Source: an uncultured Candidatus Woesearchaeota archaeon (GTDB taxonomy: Archaea > Nanobdellota > Nanobdellia > UBA10117). From it: a DNA stretch of 64,000 bases. Each line of letters begins with the position of its first letter. The first letter of the stretch is position 1. Of the stretch, positions 50,196-58,104 are shown piece by piece. A program made the position numbers and the translations under genes. A model generated the notes under the pieces. It was not told the DNA's origin, did not search any database, and saw nothing but the letters and a program-made list of their open reading frames with translations. Location of the stretch: assembly GCA_903864915.1 (NCBI GenBank), contig CAIPHS010000005.1, positions 3,968 through 67,967 on the forward strand, in the 5' to 3' direction.

Positions 50196-53009
50196 ATGCC
50201 TTCGATAGTTTGGGATATATTGCCTGCTGCTGGAAAGGGCGGCACAGAATGCTGGGTCTATTTGCGAAAAAACGACAAAACCGTTAAAATTCAAAAAGAT
50301 TTGTGTCAAATATTCCTATCAAGATGGAATTCTAAGCAAAATATCGAAAAGCTTAGATCGAGTTATGAGCTAAACTCTCCAAATATTAAAACTGAAATAC
50401 ATGATGCGGGGGAAGGCCGTTGGTTTTTAGAGATACAAGGCCCCCGCAGCCTCGATGAGATATTGGATAAAAGTTCTTTTAGAAATTCTCCATCAATTTA
50501 CGAATCATTCGCACTACAGACAAAGCCTTTTTCTTTAATTGACGACGCTGGCGATGCTAGTGAGCAAGCCTCTGTTGAGGACATTTGCAACCAGACGGTT
50601 GCCGTACTCGATATAGAAAAGCAAGATTGGGAGCCTAACTCCGGCAGGACGCCCAAGATTTGTGCAGCATCTATCGGAATTTCAAAGCCCGATGGTGCAC
50701 AAAAGTATTACACAACTGCAATCTGGCCAATACACAAAGAAGGGATAGATTCTGAGCATCTCCCTGTTCGAAATCCTCTTGAGCTAGCACTTTTGACATC
50801 TTACATTCTACGAAAAGAAGACCCAGGATTCGTCGCTGGCCAAAACATACAGAAATATGATTTTGAAGAGCTAAAGATGAATTACAGAGGACTTTTCACA
50901 GCAGGTGGAAGGAAAGAATTTTTTGAGAGATTAAAGAATAGCAGGGAAGGAAAAGATAAGGATCTAAATCTTGAAGATATCAGCAAATCTCTTTCAGAGT
51001 TAGAACACGCAATTGAGCATTGGTACGAAACTGGCGAGATTAAATTTGAAAACAGACTTGGCTTTAGAGTGTTTGATGAATTTACTGCATTGCTTTCTTA
51101 TATCAGCCAAATGACTCAAGAATGGGCTGCAACAGGTGTGCGGCCTTTTTATCTTCAAGATAGACCGGATAAGGAAAACATACACACAACGCTGCTAAAA
51201 TTAATTAGGCAATTTGAGCTTCCAGAGCAGTTGAAAGATTGGCTTGCTGAAAAATACAGCAAAGGCACGAAGGCTAACCTGAAACGTGCTGTGGAAAGTG
51301 GAGAAGAATTGCCGGAATGGCTGCAAATGCGCCTTCGCACGGATTTTAGCAATGACTTGGAAAAAATTTGCCGCCATAATTTAGCAAAATTAGTCAAGGA
51401 GGGGGTTTTCCTTCTTGGTATTGACAAAGAAGAACCGGGCTTCAAGTCGGTCTCATATATGCGGAAGCAGCATTGCGCTGGCTTGCAAATAATAGACACT
51501 TACACCTTTTCGCATAACCATCTGGATTTGCCGAATGACAAGCTTCCAACAATAATAGCTCACTTTGATGACTGCTATGTCAAAGCTCTAAAACATGGAG
51601 AAATAACACCAACAGCTAGAGCTGCTGAGGCTGGCGATAAGATTTCTGGAACTAAATTAGTAAAGTATAATTTAGAGGACGTCAAAGCCACTTTAAAGCT
51701 CACACGCACGATAATGCCAACCGAAGCAGAGCTCGCCAGATTATACGAAACAGATTTTGCAACTGTTAGTACAACTTCAATTGGCACTGTACAAGATATA
51801 CTTTTCAAGAAGCAAAACTATGGGAAAAAGAGATTCTGGCGCATATTTTATGATGCAGAAAAAGACATATTGGAAGAAAAGTTTAGACCTGCTCAACCCG
51901 GAAATAGGCGCGAGGAGCCAGGGCTAGGTTTTGACTTTAAGGCAGAGAAAGGTAATTTTGAGCAGCTAACTGCAATTTACCCCACACATATTTTCAGGGC
52001 TTTAGAAGCGCTGGTGCGAAGCAACCCTTGCGGCGAACATCTTTTGAAACTTTTTGGAGCTGAAACTCGCCCAACTTTCAAAATAATTTATGCCCAGCAT
52101 CTTGACAAGCTCTGCACGAGGCTCCTTTATGATACGGAATCAATGCGGGATGTCTTTGCTTTAGAAGAGCAAACATCGCAAAACCTTAAGGAAAAAGTAA
52201 TAACTGCTGCAGAAGAGCTAAAGGACTTTTTAAGCAAACACAGCTCAAATGTTGTAAATGCGTCTAAGAGGCTGGCTTTTCTTAAAGGCCCACCTAATTT
52301 GGAAAGTGAGCTGCGAGCAAATCCAAATCTGTATTTTGCAGGCATTGCTGAAAAAGTTTCGTCTAAAACAAAAGGCAGAATAGCTGCTGGCTTGAATGGT
52401 AAAATCTATAGCTCTGGAATTACTTTAGACAGACGGAGCAGAAAAGGTGACTTGTCTTACATTGATAAAATAATAAGAGAAGAGACCTTCAGTATACATT
52501 TTTCCAAGCTTAGCACAAGCGAGAAAGTCTCTGCGCTACAAAACTTGTTTTCAAGCTTAGAAGGTCAAATAATAGAGCATTATTTCTTTGAAGACAAGCC
52601 TAGCAGGCCCCTGTCCGATTATTCTATATCTTACACTAATACGAGGCGGTATCAAAGGATGGAATTAGCAGAAGCAAAAAGTGGTGAGCTTGTCCTTGGT
52701 GCGTACATTTTGAACAAAGGTTTTGTGCCACATTGGGCAATTGAAGAGAATGATAAGCCAGACTTAGAAGTTTATAGAACTAAGCTATTTGGGCCCCTTA
52801 AAAAAGACAAAAGCAAAGGCAGAAATCTCACAGGAGGTGTGGTTGGTGATTGGTTGTTGTCTATGTTCAATGCCAAAGGGAAATATGATGTTTATAGCGC
52901 TTTAAGCAGGCTTTGTGAATGCAGGGCACACGGAGCAGATTTGCAATTATTGGCAAAATCATACGATTTAAACGTACCTGTGCAGCAAGCAACCCTATCT
53001 TCATTTTAG
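50196..53009 (+). CDS. family B DNA polymerase homolog: exonuclease motifs intact, polymerase catalytic motifs lost
   Basis: Exo I VAVLDIE (aa 139-141), Exo II GQNIQKYDF (aa 216-223) and Exo III YNLEDVKATLKL (aa 491-495) are present. The motif A region reads EKGNFEQLTAIYPTHI (YP kept, Asp-bearing strand missing). The motif C position reads NASKRLAFL (no DTD). The KxY region reads KTKGRIAAG...GITLDRRSRKGD. Confidence 0.8.
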   Translation: MPSIVWDILPAAGKGGTECWVYLRKNDKTVKIQKDLCQIFLSRWNSKQNIEKLRSSYELNSPNIKTEIHDAGEGRWFLEIQGPRSLDEILDKSSFRNSPSIYESFALQTKPFSLIDDAGDASEQASVEDICNQTVAVLDIEKQDWEPNSGRTPKICAASIGISKPDGAQKYYTTAIWPIHKEGIDSEHLPVRNPLELALLTSYILRKEDPGFVAGQNIQKYDFEELKMNYRGLFTAGGRKEFFERLKNSREGKDKDLNLEDISKSLSELEHAIEHWYETGEIKFENRLGFRVFDEFTALLSYISQMTQEWAATGVRPFYLQDRPDKENIHTTLLKLIRQFELPEQLKDWLAEKYSKGTKANLKRAVESGEELPEWLQMRLRTDFSNDLEKICRHNLAKLVKEGVFLLGIDKEEPGFKSVSYMRKQHCAGLQIIDTYTFSHNHLDLPNDKLPTIIAHFDDCYVKALKHGEITPTARAAEAGDKISGTKLVKYNLEDVKATLKLTRTIMPTEAELARLYETDFATVSTTSIGTVQDILFKKQNYGKKRFWRIFYDAEKDILEEKFRPAQPGNRREEPGLGFDFKAEKGNFEQLTAIYPTHIFRALEALVRSNPCGEHLLKLFGAETRPTFKIIYAQHLDKLCTRLLYDTESMRDVFALEEQTSQNLKEKVITAAEELKDFLSKHSSNVVNASKRLAFLKGPPNLESELRANPNLYFAGIAEKVSSKTKGRIAAGLNGKIYSSGITLDRRSRKGDLSYIDKIIREETFSIHFSKLSTSEKVSALQNLFSSLEGQIIEHYFFEDKPSRPLSDYSISYTNTRRYQRMELAEAKSGELVLGAYILNKGFVPHWAIEENDKPDLEVYRTKLFGPLKKDKSKGRNLTGGVVGDWLLSMFNAKGKYDVYSALSRLCECRAHGADLQLLAKSYDLNVPVQQATLSSF

Positions 53010-53015
53010 TAAAGG

Positions 53016-53023
53016 TTTAAAAG
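53016..53023 (+). promoter_or_regulatory. TATA-like box (TTTAAAAG) for tRNA-Leu
   Basis: Located 24-31 nt upstream of tRNA position 1. Confidence 0.45.
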
Positions 53024-53046
53024 TAAAAATTTTGGAATCTTATTGC

Positions 53047-53130
53047 GCGAGGGTACCCAAGCGGTCAAAGGGGATGGACTTAAGATCCATTGGCTCAGTG
53101 CCTTCAGAGGTTCAAATCCTCTCCCTCGCA
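53047..53130 (+). tRNA. tRNA-Leu (anticodon UAA), long variable arm
   Basis: Acceptor GCGAGGG/CCCTCGC, anticodon arm ATGGA-CTTAAGA-TCCAT, variable arm TGGCTCAGTGCCTTC, T arm AGAGG-TTCAAAT-CCTCT. Confidence 0.9.
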
Positions 53131-53174
53131 TTTAATTAAAAATTTATTTAAACCCTAACCATGCTAAAATTGGT

Positions 53175-54152
53175 ATGCTTATTGAAATCAAGAGTCTGAC
53201 TAAGAAATACAATTCTTTTGTTGCTGCAGACCATATTAATCTTTCAATAAAATCTGGAGAAATTTTTGGCCTGCTCGGCCCTAATGGTGCTGGGAAGACA
53301 ACAACACTAATGATGCTTTCGACCTTGCTAAAGCCAACAACAGGCACTGCAATAGTCAACGGTTTTGACATAATAAAAGAACCTTCACAAGTAAGAAAAT
53401 CAATAGGTATGGTTTTCCAGGAGCCAAGCTCGGACGAATTGCTAACCGGCTATGAGAATCTGAAGCTACATACAATGATGTTTGGCGTACCCGCAAATTT
53501 GCGCGAGCAGCGCATAAAGGAGGGTTTGGAGCTTGTTGGCCTGACTGCTGAGAAAAACCAGCTGGTCAAGAAATATTCTGGTGGAATGCGCAGGCGCCTT
53601 GAATTAGCCCGCGGTTTATCGCACCATCCAAAGATAATATTCCTCGATGAGCCAACCCTTGGTCTAGACCCCAACGCAAGGGAACAGATATGGGCATACA
53701 TAAAGAAACTCGTGAAAAAAGAGAATGTCACAATCATAATAACCACACACTACATGGATGAAGCTGACAGGCTTTGCGATAGGATTGCAATAATCGACCG
53801 GGGCAAAATTGTTGCAATAGATTCACCGGAAAATCTAAAGAGAAAAATCGGCGGCGACATCATACAATTGAAATTCAAAGGAGAACGAAACTTAAATTCT
53901 CTTAAAAAATTAAAGTTTGTCAAGAAAATCGACAAGTTTGAGAATGGCGCGGCGCTGACGGTCTCTGATGCTTCAAAGCATCTTCAGGAAATCTTGAAAG
54001 TGATAGGTACTGTAGAGTCTGTTGAGATGCGCACGCCAACGCTCAATGATGTATTCTTGCATTACACTGGAAAAGAATACCACCAGAATGGCGAGTCACC
54101 CGAAGGTGGATTCTTCGAGAAGGCTATGACTTACAGGGCGAGGTCAAAATGA
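53175..54152 (+). CDS. ABC transporter ATP-binding protein (ABC-2/DrrA-like exporter)
   Basis: Walker A GPNGAGKTT, signature YSGGMRRRLELA, Walker B IIFLDEPTLGLD. Confidence 0.9.
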   Translation: MLIEIKSLTKKYNSFVAADHINLSIKSGEIFGLLGPNGAGKTTTLMMLSTLLKPTTGTAIVNGFDIIKEPSQVRKSIGMVFQEPSSDELLTGYENLKLHTMMFGVPANLREQRIKEGLELVGLTAEKNQLVKKYSGGMRRRLELARGLSHHPKIIFLDEPTLGLDPNAREQIWAYIKKLVKKENVTIIITTHYMDEADRLCDRIAIIDRGKIVAIDSPENLKRKIGGDIIQLKFKGERNLNSLKKLKFVKKIDKFENGAALTVSDASKHLQEILKVIGTVESVEMRTPTLNDVFLHYTGKEYHQNGESPEGGFFEKAMTYRARSK

Positions 54153-54895
54153 GCGAGCTTAGTGGCCTTCTTGCGATATGGGAACGCGAGTTCAGAGTAT
54201 TCCTTAGAGAAAAGTCAAGGATTTTTGCATCATTGCTTTCACCACTGATGTGGCTTTTTATTTTCGGCGGGGGTGTTGGCTCTGCCCTGTCAACAAGCAG
54301 CTTTAATTATCAAACATTCATATATCCAGGTATTATAGTAATGTCCTGTCTTTTCACATCGATTTTCTATGGTGCGTATGTCATATGGGACAAGCGTTTG
54401 GACTTCTTGAAGGAAGTTATCGTCAGCCCGCTAAGCAGAACAACAATCTTTTTTGGCAAGGCTCTTGGCGGCGTCACTGATGCAATAATACAGGCGTCAG
54501 TACTTGTATTATTGGGACCCATATTTGGAGTTCATTATGGTTGGTTCCTTATTCCGCTATACGCTGTACTGTTCATCATGATAACTGGGCTTGTCAGCAT
54601 AGGCCTAATCATAGGCAGCCTAATGGAATCTCCAGAAGGCTTCGGCCTTATAACGAGCCTGATTAACTTTCCACTGTTTTTCCTTTCAGGCGCACTTTTC
54701 CCTCTCGATAATCTGCCTTCATGGCTCAAAGGAATAACCTTGATGAATCCTGTGACTTACGGCGTCGATGCTGTACGAAGCCTTATGCTAGGAACAAGCA
54801 CATTTGGTCTGTTCAAAGACGTGCTAGTTTTAATTGCCTTTGCAGTTATCATAGTGGTTATTGGAGCTTGGACTTTTAGCAAGATGAAAGTCTGA
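54149..54895 (+). CDS. ABC-2 type transporter permease
   Basis: 248 aa with about 6 TM helices. It overlaps the ATPase gene by 4 nt (ATGA). Confidence 0.85.
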   Translation: MSELSGLLAIWEREFRVFLREKSRIFASLLSPLMWLFIFGGGVGSALSTSSFNYQTFIYPGIIVMSCLFTSIFYGAYVIWDKRLDFLKEVIVSPLSRTTIFFGKALGGVTDAIIQASVLVLLGPIFGVHYGWFLIPLYAVLFIMITGLVSIGLIIGSLMESPEGFGLITSLINFPLFFLSGALFPLDNLPSWLKGITLMNPVTYGVDAVRSLMLGTSTFGLFKDVLVLIAFAVIIVVIGAWTFSKMKV

Positions 54896-54957
54896 TTTGC
54901 CAAACCTTAAAAATACATTTTAAATCTCTTATTTGTGGGCCTTAGCGGTCTGCTAAA

Positions 54958-55041
54958 GCGGGAGTACCCAAGCGGTCTAAGGGGCTGGATTCAGAATCCA
55001 GTGGCTTAGTGCCTTCGGAGGTTCGAATCCTCCCTTCCGCA
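54958..55041 (+). tRNA. tRNA-Leu (anticodon CAG), long variable arm
   Basis: Acceptor GCGGGAG/CTTCCGC, anticodon arm CTGGA-TTCAGAA-TCCAG, variable arm TGGCTTAGTGCCTTC, T arm GGAGG-TTCGAAT-CCTCC. Confidence 0.9.
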
Positions 55042-55058
55042 TTAATTTTTAAAAAAAA

Positions 55059-56036
55059 TTAGCCGGTCTGTTGCCAGACCGCGCTTTGGGATTCGCCAGT
55101 TGATGCTGTTCCAGCTGCAAATGCTTGTTCCATTGTTTCTTTAACATTGTCAGGAACAACTCCGACAGGATTCAGCGCATCATCCATAGCCGGAACGCCC
55201 TTATGTGCATTCAAGCAGTATGTCTTGAGCTCAAACACCCTAGACTGGCCTGCAGGGATATAAGCCGTTACGGGCTCGCCAGCCCCAAGATCCTGATTTG
55301 ACCCGCCAACATTGGCGAATTTCGTTCCAAGCTGGATGTTTAAGGCCAAATTATGGGCACCGCTGTTAAACGCATCAATAGTCATGCTAGTGTACCCATG
55401 TGGCGTGTATCTAAGGCTCAACCTACTCTCGAATACAGTAGTACGGACGCCAGCTATGCATTTAGAAAATGGCTGTGTTTCGCACTTATCAATAAAAGGC
55501 AACTTCCCTTGTATTGCTACCCATTCAATTTCAGTTCTGCCGTATGCCTTTAACCACACTATATGCAGTGCTTCATAGTCAACGCCCAAATAAGCCCAGA
55601 TCTTGAATTGCTTATCAATTAAATCCCTCTGGCTGTTACCTGGCGACTTGATGATGTGCATTATTAGGTCATCAACCTGGCCAACTACATGGTAATAGGC
55701 GCTAGGCGGATATTCAATCGGAGCACCAACATACGGATTAGAGTACGAATCAACTAAGGGTTCTTCGTTAACTTTCACTTGCCCAACAGGCTTTACGTTA
55801 AAGTCCAGATACAATGCCCATCGCGAGTCTATCGCAACATAAGCCACACCATAAATACTGTAAACGATATCGCCTGGTTGCGCATCATACACACCTAAAG
55901 TGTGCAAATCAATAGGCACGGGTTCAAAATTACCCCATACTGGTTGCACAGGATTATCCAGAGGAACTGCACTCACACTTATAATAAATATGAGCACGAT
56001 TGCTGCCAAAACCGCAACTATCTCATTTTGTTTCAT
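55059..56036 (-). CDS. secreted/membrane-anchored protein, function unknown
   Basis: 325 aa with an N-terminal anchor helix (IVAVLAAIVLIFIISVSA) followed by a beta-rich domain. Confidence 0.6.
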   Translation of the reverse strand: MKQNEIVAVLAAIVLIFIISVSAVPLDNPVQPVWGNFEPVPIDLHTLGVYDAQPGDIVYSIYGVAYVAIDSRWALYLDFNVKPVGQVKVNEEPLVDSYSNPYVGAPIEYPPSAYYHVVGQVDDLIMHIIKSPGNSQRDLIDKQFKIWAYLGVDYEALHIVWLKAYGRTEIEWVAIQGKLPFIDKCETQPFSKCIAGVRTTVFESRLSLRYTPHGYTSMTIDAFNSGAHNLALNIQLGTKFANVGGSNQDLGAGEPVTAYIPAGQSRVFELKTYCLNAHKGVPAMDDALNPVGVVPDNVKETMEQAFAAGTASTGESQSAVWQQTG

Positions 56037-56314
56037 TTTTTGCCACTCTTTATTTTGGATACGATTAGATGGCTTGCTATGAAAGCAATCGCTAACACTG
56101 GCAAGAGAAATATCTTAGCAGCCTCGCTTGCCCGTTGTGCAACATCAGCAAGTGTATAACAAAAATCCACAAACATGCCTTCCGGTATAGGCCCGCAATG
56201 CGCAAACCTTAAATAATCCATAAATGTCAGGCAGTATATTACGCTCTCTGTAACCGCTGCTATTAGCAGGGTTAAACCTATTTTCTTTTTGATAGTATCT
56301 TTCATTTTTATCAC
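56033..56314 (-). CDS. small membrane protein
   Basis: 93 aa with 3 hydrophobic helices. It overlaps the downstream gene by 4 nt. Confidence 0.5.
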   Translation of the reverse strand: MIKMKDTIKKKIGLTLLIAAVTESVIYCLTFMDYLRFAHCGPIPEGMFVDFCYTLADVAQRASEAAKIFLLPVLAIAFIASHLIVSKIKSGKK

Positions 56315-56405
56315 CTGTATGCTATAGAAAACAAGTCGTATATATACCCAGAAGTAAGTTTCAATCTAAATTGAAGTTATTAAAAAATTACAAATTTTTA
56401 AATTC

Positions 56406-56430
56406 CTCAAGCTCGCATCGCGAGTTTGAG
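56406..56430 (-). terminator. hairpin just after the stop of the ArsR-like gene (putative terminator)
   Basis: CTCAAGCTCGC-ATC-GCGAGTTTGAG forms an 11-bp stem with one G:U pair. On the minus strand a T-rich tract follows it. Confidence 0.4.
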
Positions 56431-56436
56431 TTATGC

Positions 56437-57012
56437 TTATTTCCTAGATTTGTAAGCAAGATAAATTCCTGCCAAGATTCCAAAAACCAGTGCTGCTATT
56501 AAAATAACAACACCTAAATCAAAGCTTGCGGAAGGGCCTACTTCTAACAACGATAAAGTTTTTGCGCCCTCCATTGCTGGCGCGCCTGCAAATTCGGTAG
56601 CAGTTGTTTGTGTAATTTTTTGAAATCCGAATAGCAAACCTGTTGCTATTGAAATAATTGTGATTATTGGAAGTATAACTTTATCGCCAAGCATTTCGAT
56701 TATACCTTGCTTTGCAGTTTCCGGAGCCAGTATGATAGCCTTTTTAGCAGGTTCGTAATATTTTATTTCCCTGCCTTTTTTACTATACCTTTTAGCTGTT
56801 GCTTTGATCAAGCCAGCAGCTCTCAACAAGTCTAAATTAAATTGAACAGTAGACATGGGAAAACTCAGTTCTTTTGATATTTCTGAAGGAGTTCTGCGGC
56901 CTTCAGCAAGCAAATCTAGTATGGCTTTTGCCTTTTTGCTTTGTATAACCCTTGCTATTTCCCTAGCCTTCTCTTCTTTCATTGAAAATACAACAAATTT
57001 CTCGTCAACCAT
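56437..57012 (-). CDS. ArsR-type wHTH protein with C-terminal TM helices
   Basis: KAKAILDLLAEGRRTPSEISKELSFPMSTVQFNLDLLRAAGLIKA forms the HTH, followed by two hydrophobic helices. Confidence 0.75.
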   Translation of the reverse strand: MVDEKFVVFSMKEEKAREIARVIQSKKAKAILDLLAEGRRTPSEISKELSFPMSTVQFNLDLLRAAGLIKATAKRYSKKGREIKYYEPAKKAIILAPETAKQGIIEMLGDKVILPIITIISIATGLLFGFQKITQTTATEFAGAPAMEGAKTLSLLEVGPSASFDLGVVILIAALVFGILAGIYLAYKSRK

Positions 57013-57060
57013 TATAGTCTGGAGTAAACAATAGACTTTAAAAACCCTACTATAATTTCA

Positions 57061-57378
57061 ATGCACATGGTATTGAGAAAACCTACTGCAAACGATAAGC
57101 TGGCATACTTCACACGCAGAGCTTTAGGCGAGAAAGGTAAGGTTATGCTATGGCGCTTTGCTGATGAAGACCTAACGAACGTAGAATACATTTGCCAGCA
57201 TTGCGGCAAGCCTGGTGAGAAGCAAGTCATGTTTGAAAGGACAAAAACTTCTATTAAGAAACCCAATGGCAAGCGAAAATCTGTACAGGCATTCATACTG
57301 AAATGCGACTCCTGCAGCCAGGATATGGTTCTGGAGCAATGGGTAAAGAAAGGCAAAGGCAAGAAAAAGGCAGCATGA
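57061..57378 (+). CDS. small zinc-ribbon protein
   Basis: CQHCGKPG ... CDSCSQ (CxxC ... CxxC) and a basic C-terminus. Its stop overlaps the downstream start (ATGA). The antisense ORF 57012..57362 is rejected. Confidence 0.6.
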   Translation: MHMVLRKPTANDKLAYFTRRALGEKGKVMLWRFADEDLTNVEYICQHCGKPGEKQVMFERTKTSIKKPNGKRKSVQAFILKCDSCSQDMVLEQWVKKGKGKKKAA

Positions 57379-58007
57379 TTCCTAAGGTAGAATTTGTGTA
57401 CTCTATGATTTATGACAAGGTCATCATAGAAAGATACTACAAAAAAGAATACAATTTTGAAAAGTTTTCTAAACGTGTCCGAAAATTCATAAAGCTTATC
57501 GAACCTAAATGGAAAAAAGTTGAAAAGAAAATTTTATCAAAATTAGCTAACATTTCTGGCCTAAAATGGTCTGATCCCAAAATTAAATGCTATGTTACAA
57601 CACATCATTTTTGGGTTCCATTCTCTGATCCTTTGACAATGGGCGTTTTTTACGGCAAAAAAGCAGAGCACCAAGTAAGATCTGAATATTTTATTCACAT
57701 GCTTACTCACGAATTAATTCATCAATTGTTTATACAACAAGGCTGGAGCAAAAGATTTTCGAAAGCGTTTTCAAAAATCAGAGACAAGTATAAGAAAGAA
57801 ATCTGGAACACAAAAAATCATGTTTTGCTCCTCGCATTGCACAAAGATATACTATTAAAATATTTCGGCCAAAAAGCTCTAAAGAAACAAATTGAAGAAA
57901 CAAAATATTACAGAACCGCGGGTTATTATGAAGCGTGGCAAATAGTCGAAAAGGAAGGCTACCAAAACATTATTTCCGAGTTCCGAAGTCTTTTAAAAGC
58001 AAGATAA
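57375..58007 (+). CDS. putative zinc metallopeptidase (HExxH); paralog of 8029..8655
   Basis: LTHELIHQL motif. Start set at MIPKVEF (57375), which aligns with the start of the paralog. Confidence 0.7.
   Translation: MIPKVEFVYSMIYDKVIIERYYKKEYNFEKFSKRVRKFIKLIEPKWKKVEKKILSKLANISGLKWSDPKIKCYVTTHHFWVPFSDPLTMGVFYGKKAEHQVRSEYFIHMLTHELIHQLFIQQGWSKRFSKAFSKIRDKYKKEIWNTKNHVLLLALHKDILLKYFGQKALKKQIEETKYYRTAGYYEAWQIVEKEGYQNIISEFRSLLKAR
57991..57998 (+). promoter_or_regulatory. TATA-like box (TTTTAAAA) for tRNA-Thr, embedded in the 3' end of the upstream CDS
   Basis: Located 24-31 nt upstream of tRNA position 1. Confidence 0.45.
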
Positions 58008-58021
58008 TTCTGCTATTTCAT

Positions 58022-58095
58022 GCCTCCGTGGCTCAGTCCGGTAGAGCGGCCGTTTTGTAAACGGCAGGCCACCGGTTCAAATCCGGTCGGAGGCA
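58022..58095 (+). tRNA. tRNA-Thr (anticodon UGU)
   Basis: Acceptor GCCTCCG/CGGAGGC, anticodon arm GCCGT-TTTGTAA-ACGGC, T arm ACCGG-TTCAAAT-CCGGT. Confidence 0.9.
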
Positions 58096-58104
58096 TATAA
58101 CCAC

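Noticed and set aside
47285-53046. An integrated mobile element or casposon between tRNA-Glu and tRNA-Leu, suggested by PolB-like and Cas4-like genes flanked by tRNAs.
   Set aside because: I saw no integrase, Cas1 casposase or transposase. I found no terminal inverted repeats and no direct repeat of the tRNA-Glu 3' end near 53010-53046 on visual inspection. The region is kept only as a possibility inside a finding.
55059-56036. A diversity-generating retroelement targeting the secreted 325-aa protein. DGRs are common in DPANN archaea.
   Set aside because: No reverse transcriptase ORF (no YxDD-type motif) and no obvious template/variable repeat pair was noticed in the window.
57012-57362. A 116-aa minus-strand ORF overlapping the zinc-ribbon gene.
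   Set aside because: The plus-strand ORF has paired CxxC motifs and an ATGA junction with the downstream HExxH gene. The minus-strand translation has no features and would overlap the ArsR-like gene start region.
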